DNA from: Calditrichales bacterium
Lineage (GTDB): Bacteria; Calditrichota; Calditrichia; Calditrichales; J004
Direction: 5' to 3'
Length of the DNA stretch: 64,000 bases
NCBI GenBank assembly: GCA_965267575.1
Contig: OZ254086.1
Span: forward strand, 2,496,001-2,560,000
Part shown: positions 1-10,343 of the stretch, one piece after another
Layout: the number at the start of each line of letters is the position of its first letter
How positions within the stretch are numbered: position 1 is the first letter of the stretch
Translations under genes and position numbers: made by a program
The notes under the pieces: model-generated
What the model saw: the letters and a program-made list of their open reading frames with translations, nothing else
Databases searched by the model: none
Told to the model about the DNA's origin: nothing

Positions 1-1581
1 AATGGCCCAGTCCAGCGCCACCGAATAACCGGCATGAAGATTGTCCAGTCCTGCCGTCACGGTTTCAGAGGTACGCCGGATCAGGCGGCTTTCCAGTGTC
101 TTTTGGCGCATGGCCAGGAAGCGTGACGCCAACAAAGGGATAAATGTCAGGGCCACCAATAGTGACACACTCAGCGAGAAGACAATCGTAACCACCATAT
201 CGCTGAACAATTCGCCGGCGATACCGGGCACAAAAAGAACCGGAATAAAGACCGAAAGCGTGGTCAGCGTGGAGGCGGTTATGGCCATGGCCACTTCACC
301 CGCGCCACCCGATGCCGCATCCCGCGGGGAAGCGCCTTCTTCACGGTGCCGGAAAATGCTTTCCAAAACCACGATCGAGTTGTCAACAAGCAGGCCGACA
401 GCCAGGGCCAGCCCGGCCATGGAGATGATGTTGAGTGTCAGGTCGGCCTGGTACATAACGGCGAAGGTTACAATCAGCGAAATGGGAATCGACACCGCGA
501 CGATAAGGGAGCTGCGCAGGTTACGCAAGAACAAGAGCAATACCAGTATGGTCAGCGCGATAGCCTGAAACGCCGTATTGCCCAGGTTGGCCATCGAGCG
601 GTTGATAAAAGTCGACATATCAATAATGGTATCGATGTGAACGCCCTGGGGCAGGGCCTCCTGGATTTCGGCGAGGCGGCTAGTTACTTCGCGGCACACC
701 GTTACCGTGTTGGCATCGGATTGCTTTTGCACCATCAGCATCACCGCCGGCTCGTTGTTGTTCCACACCTGGCTGCGCTGCTCGGCAAAGCCGTCTTCCA
801 CCCGCGCCACGTCTTTTACCTTGACCAGTTCAGTGCCCGTTGCCTTCACGCTAGTGTTCTCAATTTGGCTGATATTGTTAAATTCACCGATGGTTTGCAG
901 GGTGAATTCCTGTTGGTTGTTATCGATCCAGCCTGACGGGAATTGCAGATTGTTGCTCTGCAGCGCGGCAATCAGATTGTTAATGGAGATGTTGTGGGCG
1001 CGCATTTTGAGCGGATCGGCCAGCACCCTGATCTCGCGCTTCATACCGCCGGCGGTGAATGCCGAAGCCACGCCGGGAATGCGTTCCATGCGCGGCTCCA
1101 CGTCTTTCTCGGAAATATTGCGCAGTTCCGCCTGGCCGTGCAGATCCGATGTGACAGCCAGGTAGAGTATAGGCTGCGATGAGGGGTCAAAGGCAAATAC
1201 CAACGGCTGGCTGATATCGTTGGGCAGGGCGTCGCGTATCAGTTCCATGTTATTGCGCACGTCGATCTCCGCCTGCTTCATGTCCGTGCCCCATTCAAAT
1301 TCCAGCATCACCAGCGACATCCCTATCGTCGATGTGGAGCTTACTTTTTTAATATTTTCCACCGATGAAACCGTTTCCTCGATGGGCCGTGTGATGACGT
1401 TTTCAATATCATTCGGCCCCACGCCGGTGTACTGTGTAATTACCGCCAGCACCGGAAATTCCAGCTTGGGATAGAGGTCCACGTTTAGCTGCGACAGTGA
1501 AAAGAAGCCGAAGCCGACGGCAATCAGGTAGAGCATGGCCGTGGTGACGCCGCGCCGAATGGCTGTGTTGGTGATTTTCAT
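1..1581 (-). CDS. RND efflux permease (AcrB/SwrC family), 3' end outside window
   Basis: Reverse strand reads MKITNTAIRRGVTTAMLYLIAVGFGFFSLSQLNVDLYPKLEFPV..., an AcrB-type N-terminus; ATG overlaps the MFP stop (ATGA); later GLLVDNSIVV motif. Confidence 0.9.
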   Translation of the reverse strand, partial: MKITNTAIRRGVTTAMLYLIAVGFGFFSLSQLNVDLYPKLEFPVLAVITQYTGVGPNDIENVITRPIEETVSSVENIKKVSSTSTIGMSLVMLEFEWGTDMKQAEIDVRNNMELIRDALPNDISQPLVFAFDPSSQPILYLAVTSDLHGQAELRNISEKDVEPRMERIPGVASAFTAGGMKREIRVLADPLKMRAHNISINNLIAALQSNNLQFPSGWIDNNQQEFTLQTIGEFNNISQIENTSVKATGTELVKVKDVARVEDGFAEQRSQVWNNNEPAVMLMVQKQSDANTVTVCREVTSRLAEIQEALPQGVHIDTIIDMSTFINRSMANLGNTAFQAIALTILVLLLFLRNLRSSLIVAVSIPISLIVTFAVMYQADLTLNIISMAGLALAVGLLVDNSIVVLESIFRHREEGASPRDAASGGAGEVAMAITASTLTTLSVFIPVLFVPGIAGELFSDMVVTIVFSLSVSLLVALTFIPLLASRFLAMRQKTLESRLIRRTSETVTAGLDNLHAGYSVALDWAI

Positions 1582-2705
1582 TGCCGGCCTCCTTCCGCGG
1601 CGATAACGGCCACCAACGTGCTGTCACGCAGGTTATTCTGCCCGGCCACAACAATGCGATCGCCGGCCTTGATGCCGCCGTTTACTGCCATGGAAATGTG
1701 GTTTACATAGCTGACATCCAGCTTGGCACGCCGCGAATAATTACTGTCCACTTTAAACACATAGTAGTTGCGGACAACCTTTTCCTTACCGTTTACGCGC
1801 TCCATGGTCGTGCTTTCCAGCGTGGCGTGGCGCGGCACCACCAGCACATCATGCAAGATAGACGTGGTCACTTCGACGTTGGCGAACATGCCTGGCTTAA
1901 GCATGCCGGCTCGGTTGGGCACCAACACTTCCACCTCTGCCATCCGTGTCAGCGGGTCGAGTATCGGGCTGATCTTTACCACTTTTCCGGCGAAGACCGT
2001 ATCGGGGTAAGCTTTTACTTTTACGTCAGCGCGCTGGCCAATAGCCAGTTTGCCCAGATCTTCTTCTGTGGCGTTAAACTCTATACGAACGCGTTCCATC
2101 TGCACAATGCGCAGCAACGGCGCTGATGGCGTGGCCATGTCGCCGTTTTCAAAATAGCGTTTACCGATAATACCGCTGATCGGCGCGGTTATCAGGGCAT
2201 CCTTAAACAGGCTGCCCGCGCTTTTAAAGGCGGCTTCGGCCTGTTCGGTTTGCGCTGCCGACGCCTCATACTGCGTTTTTACCGCATCGTATTGTTGTTT
2301 GCTCAGCGCGTCTTCTCCGTAGAGGCGTTCGGCCCGTTCAAATTCCAGCTTCAGGTTGCTCTGCTGCACGCGGGCGGCAAGCAGCGCCGCCTCGGCTTGT
2401 TTAACACCCTGCTCGATGGTCCCCGCCAGGATGCGCGCCAGCGGCTGGCCCTTTTGAACGTAATCGCCCTCATCCACATAAAAAGTCTCTATGCGGTCAG
2501 CGATCTTGGAAAAGACGTTCACTTCAAATTCAGCGCAAATATCACCGGTGTAGGAAAGCGACTGCACGATGTCGCCGCGTTTGACGGTCATGATTTCCAC
2601 CGGGACGCTCTCTTCGGCGGCGTTCGTTCCGCCATCAGACGCCTGGCAACTCCAGAGAGCGGCGATAGCGGCCAGGGCCAGTATAGTTTTGATCCACGTT
2701 TTCAT
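1578..2705 (-). CDS. RND periplasmic adaptor (membrane fusion protein), probable lipoprotein
   Basis: Lipobox-like LWSC, VDEGDYVQKGQPL, ITAPISGII, LKPGMFANV motifs; start taken at MKTWIK. Confidence 0.9.
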   Translation of the reverse strand: MKTWIKTILALAAIAALWSCQASDGGTNAAEESVPVEIMTVKRGDIVQSLSYTGDICAEFEVNVFSKIADRIETFYVDEGDYVQKGQPLARILAGTIEQGVKQAEAALLAARVQQSNLKLEFERAERLYGEDALSKQQYDAVKTQYEASAAQTEQAEAAFKSAGSLFKDALITAPISGIIGKRYFENGDMATPSAPLLRIVQMERVRIEFNATEEDLGKLAIGQRADVKVKAYPDTVFAGKVVKISPILDPLTRMAEVEVLVPNRAGMLKPGMFANVEVTTSILHDVLVVPRHATLESTTMERVNGKEKVVRNYYVFKVDSNYSRRAKLDVSYVNHISMAVNGGIKAGDRIVVAGQNNLRDSTLVAVIAAEGGRQ

Positions 2706-2741
2706 TGTAATTCTCCACATTAAAGTGATTTTGTTTTCAGA

Positions 2742-4118
2742 TTAAAGAATGCCCTGCAGCGAGCCCGTGGCCTTGTGCAGCTGGTAACGGGCCACTTGGT
2801 ATTCATACAGCGAACGGGCGTAATTCATCCTCGCCTGGGTCAGGGCAAGCCGCGAATTCAATACATCCAGCTGCGTATTGCTGCCCTCTTCGTAGAGTAA
2901 TCCTGCCAGGCGCAAGGCCTCGGCAGCCAGTTTGACTGTTTCATTGGCCGAGCGGAATTTCTGCTGCGCCTCGCGGAATTTATTGTGCGCAAGCTCCACT
3001 TCAGCCGCGATGCCGTCGCGGATCTGCTTGTCATTTTGCTGCACGATCTTCAGGTCGATTTGCGCCTTCTGGTACTCCTGGCTGGAACGGAAGCCGCTGA
3101 ACAGCGGGATTTGCAAGCTGATGCCCGACGTAAAGCCCTGGTTGAAATCATCCGACGTGAAGTTGAAATCGTTACGGCTGGCCAGGTATGAAAAATCGGT
3201 GGCAAAGAAAAGCTTTGGTAAAAAGGCACTGCGGGCAATGGTGATGCCGCGCCGGCCAATCTCCATCTGCTGCTCGGCGATCTGTCGTTCCGGACGCTGC
3301 TCCACGGCCATCAGTTGCAGCTCCGCAAGCGACAAAGAATCAAATTCTTCGGTTGCAAAAGTAAGCTCGCCGTTTACGCTGATGGCCACATCATTACTTA
3401 ACCCAATGATCACGCGCAGGCGAGTAAGCGCGTTTTGCCTGTTGTTGCGCGCGGAAATCAGCTCCGGCTGCAGGTTGGCCACCTCCACTTCCGCCCGCAT
3501 TTTATCAAAACCGGAGGCCGAGCCGGCTTTGTATTTTTTCAGCACAATATCCAGGTTGGCTTCGGCCTGTTTCAGCGCCTCTTCCTGCACGTTGATCAGT
3601 TCTTCCGCCAGCAGGCAGGCATAAAAGGCGTCCGTGGTCTGTAGCAGCAGGTTTTGCCTTTTGGATTCCATCGCGGCCATACTCGCTTTTTCGGCAGCAT
3701 AGGCGGCTTTTATCCCGGCGATACCGGCGCCACCGAGGTACAGCGGCTGGCTCAGCGAAGCGCCGTAGGTGAGGCTGTTTTCGAGGCCAAAGGCGATGTT
3801 TACAAAGTCCGGCATTCCGGGAGGCGCGGAAGGCCCCAGCATGGTTTTGATAAAGTTGGGTATGGTCGACTCCTGGATGGTCCAGGCATGCTGCAGGTTG
3901 GCGGAGGCGTTAAGCTGCGGCAGGATCTGCGAATAGGCTATGCGGATATCCGCGCCGGATTTTTGTACCTCTTTTTGGGCAATCTGGAAATCTGGATTAT
4001 GTTCCAGCGCCATAGCGATGCTCGATTCCAGCGTCAAAGCCAGGGGTTGGTTTTCGCCCGCCTGCAATCCGCCAGATGCCAGCAGAAGGGCGCATATCAT
4101 AAAGGTGTACGGTTTCAT
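2742..4118 (-). CDS. TolC-family outer membrane efflux protein
   Basis: Signal peptide, LTLESSIAMALEHNP, YEEGSNTQLDVL; located in RND operon. Confidence 0.9.
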   Translation of the reverse strand: MKPYTFMICALLLASGGLQAGENQPLALTLESSIAMALEHNPDFQIAQKEVQKSGADIRIAYSQILPQLNASANLQHAWTIQESTIPNFIKTMLGPSAPPGMPDFVNIAFGLENSLTYGASLSQPLYLGGAGIAGIKAAYAAEKASMAAMESKRQNLLLQTTDAFYACLLAEELINVQEEALKQAEANLDIVLKKYKAGSASGFDKMRAEVEVANLQPELISARNNRQNALTRLRVIIGLSNDVAISVNGELTFATEEFDSLSLAELQLMAVEQRPERQIAEQQMEIGRRGITIARSAFLPKLFFATDFSYLASRNDFNFTSDDFNQGFTSGISLQIPLFSGFRSSQEYQKAQIDLKIVQQNDKQIRDGIAAEVELAHNKFREAQQKFRSANETVKLAAEALRLAGLLYEEGSNTQLDVLNSRLALTQARMNYARSLYEYQVARYQLHKATGSLQGIL

Positions 4119-4129
4119 TTTTCGCTCCG

Positions 4130-4735
4130 TTATTCGTTGATGCCCAGAAAGAGCGTGTTTACGATCTCTTCAGCCAGGCTGTCACTTAATATTTTATCTT
4201 CGCTGTTTAGCTGCTTCCAGGTGAAGTGTGTAATGGCCGCGACAAAAAGCTCGGCGGCCATTTCCGGTTTGGCCCGCGGCCCAAATTCACCGCTCGCGAT
4301 GCCTTCCTTAAGCAGATCGATCAGGAGCTTGCGCCGTTTCATGGCCTCGTCCACGTACTTTTCCAGAAAGGGCAGTTTTTCCGGCTGCGTAAACAGCACA
4401 AGGAAAAATTTTGCCAGCTCCGGGTAATCGGTCACCTGCCGGAAACGCAATCGCGCCAGGGTGATCATTTTTTCCTTGTAGCTCATTTCCTCCCGGATTA
4501 TGTCTTCGAAAAGTTGTGTGTTAAAGCGCAGCACGGTCTCAACCAGTGTTTTGTAAATGCCTTCCTTGTTGCCAAAGTGGTAATAAATGGTGGGCTTGGA
4601 CAGGCCTGTTCTTTGCGACAGTTCACGCATGGAAACGCCGTTGTATCCTTTTTGTGAAAAAAGTGTAACGGCCTCACGGAAGATGCGTGCTTTGCTGCTG
4701 TCCTTTTCAAATGGTTCATAAACAGATTTGGTCAT
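4130..4735 (-). CDS. TetR/AcrR family transcriptional regulator
   Basis: HTH LFSQKGYNGVSMRELSQRTGLSKPTIYYHFGNKE; GGAG RBS before MTKSV. Confidence 0.92.
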   Translation of the reverse strand: MTKSVYEPFEKDSSKARIFREAVTLFSQKGYNGVSMRELSQRTGLSKPTIYYHFGNKEGIYKTLVETVLRFNTQLFEDIIREEMSYKEKMITLARLRFRQVTDYPELAKFFLVLFTQPEKLPFLEKYVDEAMKRRKLLIDLLKEGIASGEFGPRAKPEMAAELFVAAITHFTWKQLNSEDKILSDSLAEEIVNTLFLGINE

Positions 4736-4756
4736 ATATTTCTCCGTACATTTACC

Positions 4757-4768
4757 TACCGTTCGGTA
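4757..4768. promoter_or_regulatory. Candidate TetR operator TACCG-TT-CGGTA
   Basis: Perfect 5-2-5 palindrome about 20 bp upstream of the tetR start. Confidence 0.55.
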
Positions 4769-5018
4769 TATGCGCAAAGTTAACGAAAAGGCATCCACTT
4801 TGTTACATATTTCTCAAACTTTTTTTAGCCTTGTTTTTGTCAACAGCCTAAAGCTACAATGCACACGCCACTAAAAAACTTTTTGATGATGAACGTGTGT
4901 TATAAATAGCCCAACGCCGGCGATGGCAGGATAAGCGGGGTCGTAATATTTGTATTATTTTTTCGATGCTATGATTATATTTGTGGCAGGTGTTTTTGAA
5001 GCAACAGGAGAGCGAAAT

Positions 5019-5483
5019 ATGGAAGCCAAACGGAAAAGACTCGGCGAGCTGGTTTTGCGCAGCGCCAACCCGCAGGCGCTGGTTGAATTTTACCGCAATG
5101 TAATTGGGCTTGAGCCTTACGCTAGATTAGGCAGCGCCACCTTCCTCAAAGTGGATGATGATTTTGAGGGGCATCCGCAGTTGCTGGCCATATTTAATCA
5201 ATCGCATAGCTATAGCGGACCCAGGGATATGAGCCCGGATATGGCCGATTCGCGCCGTGGCACGCTGCAGCATTTTGCTTTTGTACTGGAGCATCAGCAT
5301 TTCCTGAGTGAAAAAGAGCGTCTGCAGAAGAATAGTGTGGAATTCCAGCTGGCGGAGCATCCGCAGTTCGGTTGGCGTTCGCTCTACCTGCACGACCCCG
5401 ACGGTAACTCAGTGGAGCTGGTTTGCTATGATGCTTCGGTTTTGGATAGCGCTGCCAACAAAAGAGCGCGACAATCTCACTAA
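5019..5483 (+). CDS. VOC/glyoxalase family protein
   Basis: FYRNVIGL, QHFAF, SLYLHDPDGNSVELV; AGGAG RBS. Confidence 0.85.
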   Translation: MEAKRKRLGELVLRSANPQALVEFYRNVIGLEPYARLGSATFLKVDDDFEGHPQLLAIFNQSHSYSGPRDMSPDMADSRRGTLQHFAFVLEHQHFLSEKERLQKNSVEFQLAEHPQFGWRSLYLHDPDGNSVELVCYDASVLDSAANKRARQSH

Positions 5484-5508
5484 CGGCATAGCCGCAGAAA
5501 CAGTGTTA

Positions 5509-6357
5509 ATGAAAAATCTTACAGGCTTATTCGGACTCCTGCGATTTGAATTGCCGCTTTCGGCGGGTATATGTGTGGTAATGGGACAGATGCTGGCCCT
5601 GGGTGAGTTTGCTTCTCTGCCAACAACGTTGTTTGGTTTTTGCGCGGTCTTTTTTATCTCTGCCTCCATCCTCGTTCTTAATGATGTTATGGACGTGGAA
5701 ACCGACCGCGTCAACGCCCCGCAAAGGCCGATTCCCGCGGGCCTGGTGTCTCTGCCACAAGCGCTGATTTTTTCCGTTGTTCTTTTAATTGCCGGTTTGG
5801 GCTTCAGCCTGGCCAGCGGTTTTCCCGTTTTTGTAATTGCCGTTGTTCTCGCCCTGGTGGGATTTCTTTACAACCGTTATTTCAAAAAAAGCGGATTGCC
5901 CGGAAATCTTATGGTCAGTTTTTCCGTGGGAATGACCTTTGTATTTGGCGGGGCCACGGTCGGGATGCCGTTCAATAAAATGGTGCTCTTTTTCGCGCTG
6001 ATTGCGGCATTGGTTGACCTGGCTGAAGAGATCGCCGCCGATGCCATGGACATGAAAGGAGACATGCTGATCCAGTCCAACTCACTGGCTATCAGGCGCG
6101 GTGCGCCGGCCGCGATACGGGTTAGTGTAGGCCTATTCTTCCTGGTGGTGCTGTTATCGCTTATTCCTTTTATGCTGGGCTGGTTTGGGCTTATTTACCT
6201 CATTCCCATCGGGATAATGGATATCGCGATTGCCTGGCCGGCTTTGCGCCTTTTACGCGCCAAAGACGAAGAGGGCCGCGTACTTATCCGGTATATTTAT
6301 CTCGGCGCGACCTTTGGCCTCGTAGTGTTCCTTATTATGCGGATGAGTGGCGTGTAA
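5509..6357 (+). CDS. UbiA-family prenyltransferase (DGGGP-synthase-like)
   Basis: NDVMDVETDRVNAPQRPIPAG and EEIAADAMDMKGD acidic motifs; multiple TM segments. Confidence 0.8.
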   Translation: MKNLTGLFGLLRFELPLSAGICVVMGQMLALGEFASLPTTLFGFCAVFFISASILVLNDVMDVETDRVNAPQRPIPAGLVSLPQALIFSVVLLIAGLGFSLASGFPVFVIAVVLALVGFLYNRYFKKSGLPGNLMVSFSVGMTFVFGGATVGMPFNKMVLFFALIAALVDLAEEIAADAMDMKGDMLIQSNSLAIRRGAPAAIRVSVGLFFLVVLLSLIPFMLGWFGLIYLIPIGIMDIAIAWPALRLLRAKDEEGRVLIRYIYLGATFGLVVFLIMRMSGV

Positions 6358-6365
6358 ATCGCCCA

Positions 6366-7457
6366 TTAAGGTTTCCTGGTAAACTCAATTTTCCAGTTCT
6401 GCGTTGTTGTTTCTCCGCGGTCCGATGTGTTCAGCGAGTGCCATTTATAGCTGTCCTGCTGCATATCGTGGAAAATCCAGTAAGAGTAGGGTTGTGCCGC
6501 GTCAGCCTGGAACGCGGTTAGGATAATTCGGTTCTCATCTTTTACCCCGCCAAAATGCAGCACGGTATTAAAGCGGTTGGTAACAAACAGATTTTCCCAG
6601 CGGCGCATGGCGCGGTTGTACATGCGGATGATCGTCGTGGCAGCCTCGGGCAGGTTGGGGTCTGTATTAAACCAATTGTATTCCATAACGGCCCTGCCAT
6701 CCAGCGTAAAAACAGCCGTGGCATTAGCCCTCCATTGTACGCGACGGCCGGCCTGCGGCAAATACATGTCATGCATGGCTTTCCATTCTCCCACCAGGAA
6801 ATCAAATTGATCGGCTTCCGCTGCCCTGTCTTTTGCCGCCACGCCGTAACCTGCGCCGGAATCCGGTAGAACAATAGTCTGATCGCCACGCAGGTACTCT
6901 TTTGTGAGTACGGTACTCCAGGTGTCACCATCGGTGGAGCTTTGCAGAGTATAACGTTTGTTATTTTCTGATACGGATGTCCACGTAGCGCGGTAGTGCT
7001 GTAGTTGTATGCTGCCGCGAGGGCGTTCGCTGTTGTACAGGACTAGTTTTCCTGCCATCATGTTGCCGCTAAATACGCTGCAGTTTTCCTTGTAGCCATC
7101 GGCAATGCCCATAGACCAAACCGGGACATTGCGTCCTTTAACAAGCATGGTAATAACTTCGTAGTGTTTTCCGCTGCCCTGATAGTTTCCGCTAAAATAA
7201 CGTTCAATGTAGCCGTGCCCACGGTTGAATAATGAGATATGGGCCTGCCCTTTAAATACCTTCTGCGTCGTATCGTTTACGGCTACAGTTGTCGTCACAT
7301 CCCAGTCGCCCAGCCATGTTTGCAGGGCTTCCGTGCCCGCTGGTGCGTCGGAGCTGGGCCGGGTCATTTTTAAACCCTGGTCAAAGATGCGACCGTTTTT
7401 GCCGGTTTGAGCAAAGATAAACGTAGTGATAAATAAACTAAGAATGATAAAACGCAT
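6366..7457 (-). CDS. Secreted protein with two tandem DUF1579-like beta-barrel domains
   Basis: Signal peptide; repeated (WLGDW/FLVGEW)...(SSTDGDTW/TSDRGET) architecture. Confidence 0.55.
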   Translation of the reverse strand: MRFIILSLFITTFIFAQTGKNGRIFDQGLKMTRPSSDAPAGTEALQTWLGDWDVTTTVAVNDTTQKVFKGQAHISLFNRGHGYIERYFSGNYQGSGKHYEVITMLVKGRNVPVWSMGIADGYKENCSVFSGNMMAGKLVLYNSERPRGSIQLQHYRATWTSVSENNKRYTLQSSTDGDTWSTVLTKEYLRGDQTIVLPDSGAGYGVAAKDRAAEADQFDFLVGEWKAMHDMYLPQAGRRVQWRANATAVFTLDGRAVMEYNWFNTDPNLPEAATTIIRMYNRAMRRWENLFVTNRFNTVLHFGGVKDENRIILTAFQADAAQPYSYWIFHDMQQDSYKWHSLNTSDRGETTTQNWKIEFTRKP

Positions 7458-7579
7458 GTTTGCCTCCGTCTGACATTATGGTGGGTTTTAGCGGGCACGG
7501 GCGCAGTATACGGAAATGCCTTTAGAATGTTATCACAGAAGTGTAACAGAGCAGACTTTAAGAGGAGGCACTTGAAAGG

Positions 7580-8737
7580 CTATTTATCCGCCCGGCTTTT
7601 TTTGTTAAGCATTTCCACAATGGAGGGCAGCTCTTCCGGCTCCACCATGCGGTTACGCTGACCAATCATCTTGATCACCGCCAGCACCTCGTTTACCAGC
7701 TCATCGGGCAGATCATTAAGCCCCTGGGAGCGCAGGGCGTAGCGCACGGAGGTTATGCCCGACATATGATCCAGGGCGAAATGCCTCTCCCTGCCCAGGA
7801 TGTCCGGATCGATGCTTTCATAGTGCATGGGGTTTAGCGCGGCGGCGTGTGTGTGGATGCCGGCGCAATGGGTGAAAGCGTTTTTGCCCATCAGCGGGAA
7901 GTGCGGAGGAATAGGCAGATTGGCGCGTTTTGAAACCAGATCATACAGCTCGGTCAGTTTCTCCAGTTTCCAGCGTTTCTCGCCAAAATCGACGCTTAGC
8001 ACGACCAGCAACTGAGCCAGGTCTACAATGCCGGCGCGCTCGCCCAGCCCCAATACCGCCGTATCAATGATCTGCGCTCCGGCCCTGAAGCCATCCAGGG
8101 CATTGGCCAGTGCCAGCCCGCGGTCGTTATGACAATGCACGGCAATCATCGGGTCCAGCTTTTCCTCCGCCAATGCCTGCTTCAGATTTTTGACAAAGTC
8201 ATACATATTCTTTTGTGTACCGGGCACCATGTAGCCCGTCGTATCGGCCACGCTGATGATGTCAGCCCCGGCTTTTACGGCGGCAGCGGAAGCAATCCGT
8301 ACATTTTCAAAATTTGAACGGACGGTATCTTCCGGGGTATAGCGAATGATCAGGTTCGGTTTTTGCGCCTTGGCGTAGCTGATCACATCGCTGATAAGGT
8401 CTACGGCGTAGTCGATGTCTTTTTGAAAAACATCTTTAAGTCTTTCCTGGGAAACGCAGAAGAAAATGCCGAGGAAGGAGACATCACACTCCAACGCCTT
8501 GTCCACATCTTTGCGCAGTGAGCGGGCATGGGCGCCGATGGCCGCGCGGTGTGGCGTATGGGCGATCATTTTTATGGTTTGGGCGATTTCCGGGAGCACC
8601 ATTGGGTGGCCGGCTTCAATAAAATCCACACCTATCTCATCCAGCATCGTTGCAATGGTCAGTTTAACGTGCTGATCAAAATGGACACCCGGCGTCTGTT
8701 CGCCTTCGCGCAGGGTTGCATCAAGAATTTTTACCAC
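7580..8737 (-). CDS. Homocitrate synthase / LeuA-family (DRE-TIM) synthase without C-terminal regulatory domain
   Basis: DATLREGEQTPG, HCHNDRGLALAN, GLGERAG; 385 aa; GTG start. Confidence 0.85.
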   Translation of the reverse strand: MVKILDATLREGEQTPGVHFDQHVKLTIATMLDEIGVDFIEAGHPMVLPEIAQTIKMIAHTPHRAAIGAHARSLRKDVDKALECDVSFLGIFFCVSQERLKDVFQKDIDYAVDLISDVISYAKAQKPNLIIRYTPEDTVRSNFENVRIASAAAVKAGADIISVADTTGYMVPGTQKNMYDFVKNLKQALAEEKLDPMIAVHCHNDRGLALANALDGFRAGAQIIDTAVLGLGERAGIVDLAQLLVVLSVDFGEKRWKLEKLTELYDLVSKRANLPIPPHFPLMGKNAFTHCAGIHTHAAALNPMHYESIDPDILGRERHFALDHMSGITSVRYALRSQGLNDLPDELVNEVLAVIKMIGQRNRMVEPEELPSIVEMLNKKSRADK

Positions 8738-8871
8738 GATAGCGCCTGTTTTTGTTTAAATCTGTGGCGCCCAATATAAATTTCAACCGAAACAATGCAA
8801 ATTTTGAACTAAAAAGATTTTGCTGTAAATACAGTCCGAATGATCAGGTTTTACTTAAATCAGGGGCCAGG

Positions 8872-9369
8872 GTGGTGGATATCTTTAACATAGTGTTGGT
8901 TGTGGCCGTGCTATTATGTTCTTTGGTTGCGGGCTTACTATTTGCTTTTGTGGTTGTGGTTATGCCCGGCATCAAGCGTCTGGATGACAAAAACTTCATT
9001 AAAGCATTCCAGGTGATGGATGGTATAATCCAGAATAATCAACCGCTCTTTATGATTGCCTGGGTTGGCTCGGTTTTGTTTCTGCTTGCGGCCGTGGCGC
9101 TGGGTATCGCAGAGCTGCAATCAGCGGATTTATCATTGCTGGCATTGTCCGCTGCCGTCTATGTTTTTGGCGTTCAGCTTCCCACGGTGATAAATAACAT
9201 TCCGCTAAACAACAAGCTGCAGACGTTAAATACGGACGCGCTTTCTGAAAAAGCGCTGCACGCCGCCAGACAGGAATTCGAGTCCAAATGGAATAGATGG
9301 AATATTTTCCGGACCTTCTTTTCAATAATAGCGGTAGTTTTTTTATTGATTCATCTCTATAGACTATGA
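8872..9369 (+). CDS. DUF1772 / anthrone-oxygenase-like membrane protein
   Basis: LVAGLLFAF..VMPG, NIPLNNKL, WNRWNIFRT motifs; start codon uncertain. Confidence 0.75.
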   Translation: MVDIFNIVLVVAVLLCSLVAGLLFAFVVVVMPGIKRLDDKNFIKAFQVMDGIIQNNQPLFMIAWVGSVLFLLAAVALGIAELQSADLSLLALSAAVYVFGVQLPTVINNIPLNNKLQTLNTDALSEKALHAARQEFESKWNRWNIFRTFFSIIAVVFLLIHLYRL

Positions 9370-9402
9370 TAGCTTTGGGCGAACCCAAGTTTTTGTAAGA
9401 AA

Positions 9403-10305
9403 ATGATAAAATTGTGCTTTTATAAGATTGCCTTATTCTTTCCATTTTTTTTCTTTTTGTCCACCTCGGCGCAAACTCCGGATAGCCTGATCCAGACAGT
9501 TAAAGAAATTGAAGAAAGACTGGATGGGCGTATCGGCGTGGCCGTTTACGACGACAACAGCGGCCGGGCGTGGCAGTACAAGGAAAATGAGCGCTTCCCG
9601 ATGTGCAGCACGTTTAAGGCGCTGGCCGTTGCCGCCCTTTTGGCCCGTGTCGATGCGGGGGATGAGCAATTGGAAAGGGTGGCAACATTTAAGGAAGATG
9701 AACTGGTCTCCTATTCGCCTGTAACTGAAAAGCACACTGGCGAAGGTGGCATGACCCTGGCAGCCCTATGCGAGGCTACCCTCGCCACCAGCGATAACAC
9801 CGCGGCCAACCTGATCCTTAAAGCCGTTGGCGGACCCGCGTCGCTCACAGCATTTGTCCGCGCGACGGGAGATACGATTACCCGCCTGGACCGCTGGGAA
9901 ACCGAACTTAACGAAGGCCTGCCCGGAGATGTTCGTGATACAACGACCCCCCGCGCCATAGCGATGACCTTAAAAAAGTTGTTGCTGAGCGATGTGATGT
10001 CAGAACCATCCCGCAGGCAATTGATTGAATGGCTTAATGGCAACCGGGTGGCCGATGCCTTACTGCGTGCCTCGCTGCCGGAAGGCTGGGTCATCGCCGA
10101 CCGCAGCGGTGCGGGCGGATACGGCACACGCGGCATAATCGCCATACTCTGGCCACCTGCGGGCAAACCCGTTTCCGTTGCCATTTACATCACCGAAACC
10201 GAAGCTTCTTTTGATGAGCGCAATAAGGCCATTGCAGGGATAGGCGTGGCTATAGTAAATGCCATAAATAAAGACCGGTTGTTTAAAGTCGAAACAATGA
10301 AATAA
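9403..10305 (+). CDS. Class A serine beta-lactamase (RSG motif, CARB/PSE-like)
   Basis: FPMCSTFK (SxxK), SDN, RLDRWETELNE (omega-loop Glu), DRSGAG; signal peptide. Confidence 0.92.
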   Translation: MIKLCFYKIALFFPFFFFLSTSAQTPDSLIQTVKEIEERLDGRIGVAVYDDNSGRAWQYKENERFPMCSTFKALAVAALLARVDAGDEQLERVATFKEDELVSYSPVTEKHTGEGGMTLAALCEATLATSDNTAANLILKAVGGPASLTAFVRATGDTITRLDRWETELNEGLPGDVRDTTTPRAIAMTLKKLLLSDVMSEPSRRQLIEWLNGNRVADALLRASLPEGWVIADRSGAGGYGTRGIIAILWPPAGKPVSVAIYITETEASFDERNKAIAGIGVAIVNAINKDRLFKVETMK

Positions 10306-10343
10306 AAATTAACAACACTTTCATTTTAGCGATTTAACAATCT

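Noticed and set aside
41..1474. Several plus-strand ORFs (and similar long antisense ORFs elsewhere, e.g. 39059-40153, 61418-62575)
   Set aside because: Shadows of well-supported opposite-strand genes, with no motifs
4800..4817. Rex-like box upstream of tetR
   Set aside because: Three mismatches in AT-rich DNA; likely chance
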